Shown in pieces: positions 51,394-60,300 of a stretch of 64,000 nucleotides of DNA. Each line of letters starts with the position of its first letter. The first letter of the stretch is position 1. Origin of the DNA: an uncultured Candidatus Cloacimonadota bacterium (GTDB lineage: Bacteria > Cloacimonadota > Cloacimonadia > Cloacimonadales > TCS61). The position numbers were made by a program, and so were the translations under genes. The notes under the pieces were generated by a model. The model saw only the letters and a list, made by a program, of their open reading frames with translations. It ran no database searches and was not told the DNA's origin. The stretch covers positions 5,592 to 69,591 of the forward strand of contig CAZRXY010000096.1 of the NCBI GenBank assembly GCA_964604155.1, in the 5' to 3' direction.

Positions 51394-54300
51394 CTACTTC
51401 AGCAGCAGAGCTTTGGAAGTATCAGTTTTATCAAGTGAGATTAGCCTGAAGTAGTATATTCCGCTTGGCTGCGGTTTCCCATAATTATCTTTACTATCCC
51501 AGGTTATGGAGTGCATCCCCAAAGGATATCTGCAATTGGTAAGATTTCTTACCATTTGTCCCTTGAGATTATAAACATCGATTCTAATATTCTGCTCTTT
51601 ACTGACTGAGAAATTGAGATTGGTAATGGGATTGAATGGATTAGGATAATTACCCAGAAGCTCAGTAACCGCAGGAGTAATTTGCGGCTCGTCATTTTCT
51701 GTTTCTTCCACAAATACTGTCCAGACGGTGCTTATACTGTAATCTTCATCAGATACAATCGATCTGATTGTGAAGGTGCCATGATCATTGAATTGATATT
51801 GCAGAAGGGCAGAATTTTCGTCCAAAGTGACGCCATTGATCCTCCAGAGGTAATCTAATTCACTATCAATATCGGTGACTTCTACCTGAAAATGCACGGT
51901 GGAATACTGGAGAGTGTCAAATTCGGTTTCCACGGGCTCAAAAGCGATCAGAACGGGTGGGTCATTAACGGGGAGGACTGTAACTATCATGTCATCTGCG
52001 GGGCGTCCCTGCTGATCATCGACCGTGATAGTGATTGTTTCGCTTCCAAACCAATCCGGCGTAGCTGAGAAGGTAATAGTGAGACCGGTGATTTCTGCTG
52101 TAATTTCAGTATTCCCGCTAAGACTTATCGTCAGAGGGTGTCCTTCTATATCGTAGCAGTATAGACTGGCATCAAAAATCAGAGTGCCGTCTTCATTGAA
52201 GAAGATTTCATCTGGCAGATTAATTTCCGGCAGGTCGTTTACGGGATTAACCAGCAGCGTGAAGGTATCGCTGATTTGAGCTCTTGCCTGTCCATCGCTT
52301 ACTGTGATAGAAATCTCAGTTTCTCCGAACCAGTTCTCTACGGGAGAAATTGTAGCGAGAGAGCCATTTAATTCTATCAGAACATGGGCCGGGACAAAAT
52401 CTACATCATAGCTGAGAGCGTCTCCATCTACGTCATCATAGTAGTCATCCAGATTTATAGTAACCGGATCAAAATCTTCATCTACGATGAAAGGATCTGG
52501 GATCTGCACAACAATATGAGGGGGATCATTAACGGGTATCACGATGATATCCATATCATCGGAGGCAAAACCGCCATCGAGGTCGCTTACATTTACAGTA
52601 ATCGAAGCAGTGCCATTCCAGTCCTGGGTAGCAGTGAAGATGGCATTCAAGCCAATTATCTGGGCATAGAGATTTTCGGTTGTATCTATGCTGATGATAA
52701 ACTGGTTACTATCTATATCTGAGATATAGGCAGAAAAATCTACCAGAAGGCTGGTATCTTCGAGGAATGTGAATTGTCCGGGCAAGTCAATTTGAGGTGG
52801 ATCATTAACCGGATTGACTATCACCAGGATATTATCGGAGACAGGTGGTGCCACGCCATCCGAAACCGCAAGAGTGATGTATTCATTCCCAAACCAGTCT
52901 GGCGGTGCTGAGAGAGTGGCGATCATGCCATCGAATTGGACATCGATCATATTTGCATTGATCAATAGAGGAATGAGCGGATCGCCTTCCACGTCATTAG
53001 CGTAAAGCTGGAGATCCAATTCCAGTGAAGAATCTTCATCAAAGCTGATACTGGCGGGTAGTTCAAAAACAGGCGGATCGTTTACTGGAGTAACAATCAC
53101 GAGGATATCATCTGAGGCTGTGGCTCTGCCCTGCTGGTCGCTGACGGTTATTGTGATAAGCTCTTCTCCAAACCAGTCGGGCGTGGCAGATAAATTAGCA
53201 ATCATTGCGTTAAAGCCTACAATAATTTCGCTATTTCCCGTAACCGAGAAGACAAGTTCATCCCCATCTACATCGAAGACATAATTACTAAGATTTATTG
53301 AAGTAGAAGAATCTTCAGCAAAAGTGACAGATTCTGGTAAATCAATAACCGGTGCGTCATTAACGGGAGCTATTGCAACCACGATATAACCGCTGATACT
53401 TAAGCGAGAGACACGGTCGAAAGCAGTGACCATGATAGAAGTATTGCCATACCAATCCATTACAGAACCAATGTCCAGGATGTTATCGGCAAGATCTACT
53501 GCAATTTCATCCGCATAGTAATCTATCTCATAACTCAGAATATCTCCATCAACATCTGCGAAGTAATCATCGAGATCGAGAGAAAAAGCTGCAAAATCTT
53601 CATCAAGATTATAAACCGGCAGCGGATTTTCTAGGTGTGGGGGATCATTGACCGGCGTTACCGTGATCTCAATGTCATGTGTGACAGTTATGCTTTCCAG
53701 ATCTGTAGCAGAGAGAGTGACCACTTCATAACCATACCAGTTTTCAGGAGCAGTTAGAAGAACGGAAGTGCCATTGAATTGGAAAGTGATGTACTCATTA
53801 CCTGCAACATCATAAGATAATTCATCGCCATAAACCAGGTCTGGATCAGCAAAAATAGAGCCAGTACTGAATTGGTAGCTTTCATCTTCCTCAAATATGA
53901 GCTGAGTGATGGGGTTATCAATGACAAATGGTGGATCGTTAACAGGTGTTACAGTAATCAAAGTCTGGCCTGATGCGGATAATCTTGTGCGAGAATCATG
54001 CACCGTGAAAGTGATATATTCTGAACCGTTATAATTTTCCGGTGCTGAGAAGGTTACAAGGAATTCATCAATTTCGATAAAAATAAAATTAGCAGGAGAG
54101 GCAGTGATGGAAAGATTATCACCGTCAACATCATATATATAAGGTTCAAAATCAACTGTGTGAACAGTATCTTCATCGAAGGGAATTTCCTCAGGTAGAT
54201 CTATCTGGGGCGCATCATTTTGAGGAAGCACTATAATATTGATCTCAGCAAAGGCCGGTTGATTTTCCAAATTATCATAAGCAGATATTTGTATAAGAGA

Positions 54301-57300
54301 AGTGCCGTTCCAGTCTTGTATGGAACTCACATAAATAATTTCACCAACCAGAACAACGCTGATCTCTTCGGGATTAAAATCAATCTGATAGATAAGGATG
54401 TCATCATCTACGTCATCAAAATGTCCTTGCAACGGGATATTGAAAGTGGCAAAATCCTCATTAACCGTTATATCCTCAAATGGTTCAACAAGGTATGGCA
54501 GATCATTAACCGGATTAACTGTGAGATTGAAACTATCGGATATTTGCAGAAGATTGTCTGAAGCAATCACCGTGATCTGAGTATTTCCAAACCAGTCCGG
54601 TTGAGGAGCCAGAGTGAGAAGGCTGCCATTGATGGTGATAGAGACATAACTGGGAACAAAATTTGCAGTGAATCTAAGAGAATCGCCATCGATATCAGTG
54701 AAATGTAAACCGAGATCGATATCAAAAGGTTCAGCATCTTCATCAATCACCAAATCAGGGAGTGGCAATGTGATAGCAGGCGGATCATTAACAGGTATCA
54801 CGCTAACTGGCACAGTTTGACTGGCGGTGCCACCCTGTCCGTCATGGACGGTAAATTCCAGATTTTCCGTTCCATTCCAGTTCTGTGGAGCAGATAAAAT
54901 AACCAGGAGATCGTTTTCTATCTGGACACTAATTTCACCTTGGCTGCCAGATGTAATAAAAAGCGGATCATTTTCAGGATCAGAGACATATTGACTAAAT
55001 TCAATCTCTAAAACCGAATCTTCATTAAAGAAAAAGCCGGCAAGTGGGAGATTAATCAATGGAGCCTGGTTCACGAAGGCATGAATAGGCAGTGGGTCTG
55101 CAGGAGAGCCTAAATCACCGCCTGGCAGTGTGAGCGTGGTATATACATAATCATAAACAAGATCATGGCTGGCGTCCCAGATCCTAAATTCTACTTCTTC
55201 AATAGTTTCGCCCTGGATATTCATTGTCACATAAGCCAGATCATCATAATGGAAGATATTTCCTACACCACGGCATTCATTATCTACAAAAGCTCCCACG
55301 AGGTCGTCTTCGGAAGCGAGCAGATCATTGATCATCACGGAGCCATAAGCCACAGTGCTGTTTGTGTAGATAACGGGTACCCAGAATTCATTGAGATAAA
55401 CTTCAATATTCCAGGTTTGTGTGACCTGGAATTCTTCATCCGAGACGATCACCTGAACCTGGGATGTTATCACGTTCCAGAATGTAATGCTGATCTGGTG
55501 GTCATTCACAGGAATCGGATTGGAATTAAGCAGCCAGGTGTATTGAATATCGGAATCAGGATCATAGGCATCAACGCTGAAATCGATGCTTTCACCTCTG
55601 AAGACGTTAAGATTTGTATTTTCAGGATGATAATTAGTGATCACAGGTCCATCATTGGCTGGTGTTACTGTCAGAGTGAAGCTGTCTGAAATCTGGAATT
55701 CTCCGTCTGAAGCAGTGACTATAATGGTCCCATTCCCAAACCAATTGGGAGTGTAGGCAATAGTGAGCAGATTTTCATCCAATGATATGATCAGATTTTC
55801 CTGATTACAGGAGAAATTGAAAGCCAGAACATCACTGTCGATATCAGTAAAGTAATTATTCAAATCAATTAGAGTGGGGATATAATCTTCCACTACTTCT
55901 ATATCGGGTAAAGGTGCTAATAGATAAGGCGGGTCATTAACTGGAGTGACAATAATCTGAGTTTGATCTGATGCGGTAGCACGGGACTGGTTATCGCTCA
56001 CTGAGAAGGTAACAATTTGGGTGCCATACCAGTCAGGAACTGAAGAAATTGTCACGGTATTATTATTTACAGCAGCATTAATGTAATCATTATCAAGCAT
56101 AGTGATAGAGAGAACATCGCCATCCACGTCATATATATAGGGTGAGAAATTCACGGTCAGGCTTTGATCTTCAGCAAAGGTGAAAGATTCGGGAAGGTTG
56201 ATTTGAGGAGGATCATTAACCGGTAATACAGTGATCAGGAATGAGGCATTAGTGATTGCCCGTGTGATATTATCACTGGCGCTTACGGTAATAGTAGTAG
56301 AGCCATACCAGTCGGGTAGAGAGCTTATAATTAAAATTGATTGCTCCAGGATTGCAGTTACTTCGTTTTGATCGTAATTAACGCTGAAAGTGAGAGGGTC
56401 ATTATCCACGTCAATGAAGTGGTCTTCCAGATCGATCGAGAAATCTGCGAAATCTTCATCTAAGACGAGATCAGGAAGTGGAGCAATAAGCTCGGGAGGA
56501 TCATTTACCGGTGTAACGTGCACAGTCATGATATCAAAAGAGGATTCTCCAGCACTTTCTGCCGTGACAATTACGGGAGCACTTCCATTCCAGTTATCTA
56601 TAGGATTTATAATAAGGGTAGTACTGATCAGGCTGGCACCTAATTCGGGGGCAGCTTCAATCGAGAGAGAATAAGCAGTTGTCCCTGTTACATAGTTTGC
56701 CAGATTAATAATACGCGAGCCGTCTTCCAGCATAGTGATAGATGGCGGTAGATCAATAACAGGTGGATAATTTATCTCATTACCCGTGAAGAAATATACC
56801 GGCAGAAAATCTGGGGGATAGCCAATATCATTACCGGGATCGCTCATGGTGATATATTCAGAGATATATACTTCATCGAGATCACTATCCCAGAGGGCAA
56901 ATTGAATAACTTCAGCGGTTTCACCCTGGATATTCAAGGATGAATACGAATTTCCATTACTGAAAGTGATATTGCCGGTTCCGCGGCATTCTGTGCCTGC
57001 AAAAGCTGCCAGTTCATCATTTATACTGGCAGTGCCATTATTGATCATTACGTGACAATAAGCCACCGTGCTATTTGGATAGACCACAAGGTCCCAGGGG
57101 CGTGGGAAATTTACAGGCAGGTCTTCGCCCACGTATATCGGTAACATATCCGGCGGATAGCCGATATCGCCACCCGGGTTAGTTACGGTTGAAAAATCTG
57201 ATACTAAAACCTGGTCTAAACTGGCATCCCAGACAGCAAATTGGACAGGTTCAGGTATTTCTCCCTGGATAGTTATTGTAGTAATTGCCAGATCACCACT

Positions 57301-60300
57301 GTAGGAAATGTATCCAATGCCGCGACATTCAGTGCCTACAAAAGCAGCTACTTCATCATTTAAGGAGGCTGGATTCCCAAAAGTCTTCACCTCCGCATAG
57401 GCAATAGTGCTATTAGTGTATACTACTACATTCCATGGTCTGGGAAAATCCTGCGGCATATCCTGTCCTACAAAAACAGGTAAGAAGTCGGGAGGATAAC
57501 CGATGTCACCTCCGGGATTGCTAAATGTAATGAATTCACTTACATAAACCAGGTTCGAAGAAGCATCCCAGATAGCGAATTGTAGTAATTCAGGTTCTTC
57601 TCCCTGGACGTTGATTGTGGAATAACTGCCAAATTCATCTGAGACCACGTAGCCGATTCCACGACATTCTTCTAAAACGAATACTCCCACCTCATCATCT
57701 TCAGTGGCTGGTAAGCCATTTATCATTAATTGACAATAGGCAACTGTGCTATTTGTATAAATAACAAGCTCCCAGGGTCTGGGGAAATCTGAGGGAAGCT
57801 GAGTTCCCACTTCAATTGGAAGATAATTCGGAGGATAACCAATATCGTAGCCAGGATTACTCATTATTGTATAATCGCTTACATAAACATGGTCTATAGA
57901 AGCATCCCAGACTGCAAACTGTATTAATTCGGGTTCATCTCCCTGGACATTGATTGTAGAATAACTCTCAGATTCGGACATTGCAATATTACCTATGCCG
58001 CGGCACTCATTACCCGCAAATACGCCAACTTCATCTTCTACAGCGGCAGGTAATCCATTGATTGTAACCTGGCAATAGGCGACAGTGCTATTTGTATAAA
58101 CAACTAGTTCCCACGGTCTGGGGAAATCTGTGGGTAAGGGCTCTGAAATATATACCGGCAGGAAATCCGGCGGGAAGCCAATATCATTACCGGGACTGCT
58201 CATTGTAGTAAATTCGCTGAGCAGCACCTGATCTTCGGAGGCGTCATACACGGCAAAATTAACCGGTTCGGGCATTTCTCCTTGAATATTTAGCGTGGCA
58301 TAGCTGGATACGCCATCAATAAATACTTCGCCGATTCCGCGGCACTCGTAATCCACAAAGGCACCCACTTCATCACCAGAGGCAGCCGGATAGCCGTCTA
58401 TCATCACTTCGCAATAGGCAACCGTGGAATTTGTATAGATAACCGGCAGCCAGGGACGAGCATAATCTTCAGAAGGTGGATAGCTAACCAGCCATTCGAT
58501 TGTGATTGTGTATTCTTCATCAGAAATTTCACAAGTAATAGAATAAGAACCCGTGGAAGGGAAATTAATCATAATATTTTCAGCATTATGTGATTGATCT
58601 ATTCCATTGACGAACCAGGAATAGGAGATTTCGCTATCAATATCAAGGGCTACAACAGAAAACTCAATACCCTGAGGTTCATCAATGATGATTTCAGGTT
58701 CTGTTGGCAGATAGCTTGATACTACCGGCATATCATTAACATTTTCGACAATAACTTCCACGTTGTCGCTGCTGACTAGTCTTCTTTGATTATCATCCAC
58801 GTAAAAAGTGATCAGCTCGGAGCCGAAGAAATTTTCTGCAGGGTAAAAGCCTACTTCCAGTCCGGTGATAATTATATCAATTTCCTGGTTGCCGCCGGCA
58901 GAAAGCGTGAGATTTTCACTTTCAAGATCATAAATAAACTCAGAGAAATCCATAATCAGGTAAGTGTCTTCGAGCATTACAATATTATCAGGCAGATCAA
59001 TAACTGGCGGGTCATTGATTTCTGCCACAATAACGAGGGCTGCATCAAAGGCTGGAGCTCCACCTTGATTATCATCAATAATAAAGGCAATCTCCGTACT
59101 GCCACTCCAATCTGGTAATGGGCTAAGGGTGACAAAATCGCCATCAATTCCAATCGTTATATAATCATTCTGGAAGCTGATGATCTCAAGCTCATCACCA
59201 TCTGCATCATTCATATAGCTGGTAAAGTCAAATGTCTGGGGAGTGTCTTCATCAAGGTAGAATGCTTCCGGCAGATCAAATAATGGATCATCATTAACTG
59301 GTGTTACATTAACTATCAGTTCATCGCTGGCTGAAGCTCTTTCCTGATTGTCAGATACAGTGAAAGTAAGAATCTCCGTCCCGAAAAAATCCAAATCCGG
59401 GATGAATGAAACGCTGAGGTCATTGATGATGACCTGCAGGTTCTCTGCTCCGGCTACACTAAGGCTGAGTTCATCATCATCTGCATCATATACGTAGGCA
59501 TTAAAAGGCATATCATAGACAGAATCTTCTGCGAAACTGATAGAATTCGGCAGGTTGATAACGGGTGCGTCATTCACATTGATCACATTCAGGTAAAAGC
59601 TTTCACTATCGCTTAAGCCGGCTCCATCTGTGCAATTGATAACTACAAGTGATTCCCCAAAGTAGTTCACTGAGGGAGAGATGATCAATTCAATAGAATT
59701 ATCGGTGATCTCTCCAAAATCTAACATACCGTCAATATTCGGATTGCTGATGATTGACCAGAAAGAAAGATTGGCAGCTTCATCGGGATTAGAATAAGAT
59801 ATTGATAATATTGCATTCTCTTCTTCCAGTATTTCAAAATCCGGTATGTAAGCAATCTGGGGAGCAATGTCTATCGCAGAGATATTGATAGTGAGTGTTC
59901 CCTGTGAGCTTCCATCACTTCCAGTTACGGTAAAGCCTATTTCTTCGGTGATATCCTGGTTGACAGCAGGAATATATGTGCCCAGATAAGTCGTGAGAGG
60001 TTCATTATATTGATAGAAGGCAAAATCTATCAATTCACCATAAATTGGCGGCTCAGTAATTGTTATAGTTAATTGCTCGAGAGGTTCGGTGAGATCGAGT
60101 CCATTAAAATCAAGCAGCACAGATTCACCAAAAGCAAGGTCAAAAGCTCCATTCAGAGCCAAAGGCTCTACACGTGCTGCCATACTTTCATAGCCATCGC
60201 GGGTGATTGTGAGAACTGCAGGTATAGATGCGGCACCCTGGGGATCTATTACTTTATAGATTATATAATCCATATTAATAGTCTCCGGCATAGTATAGGC

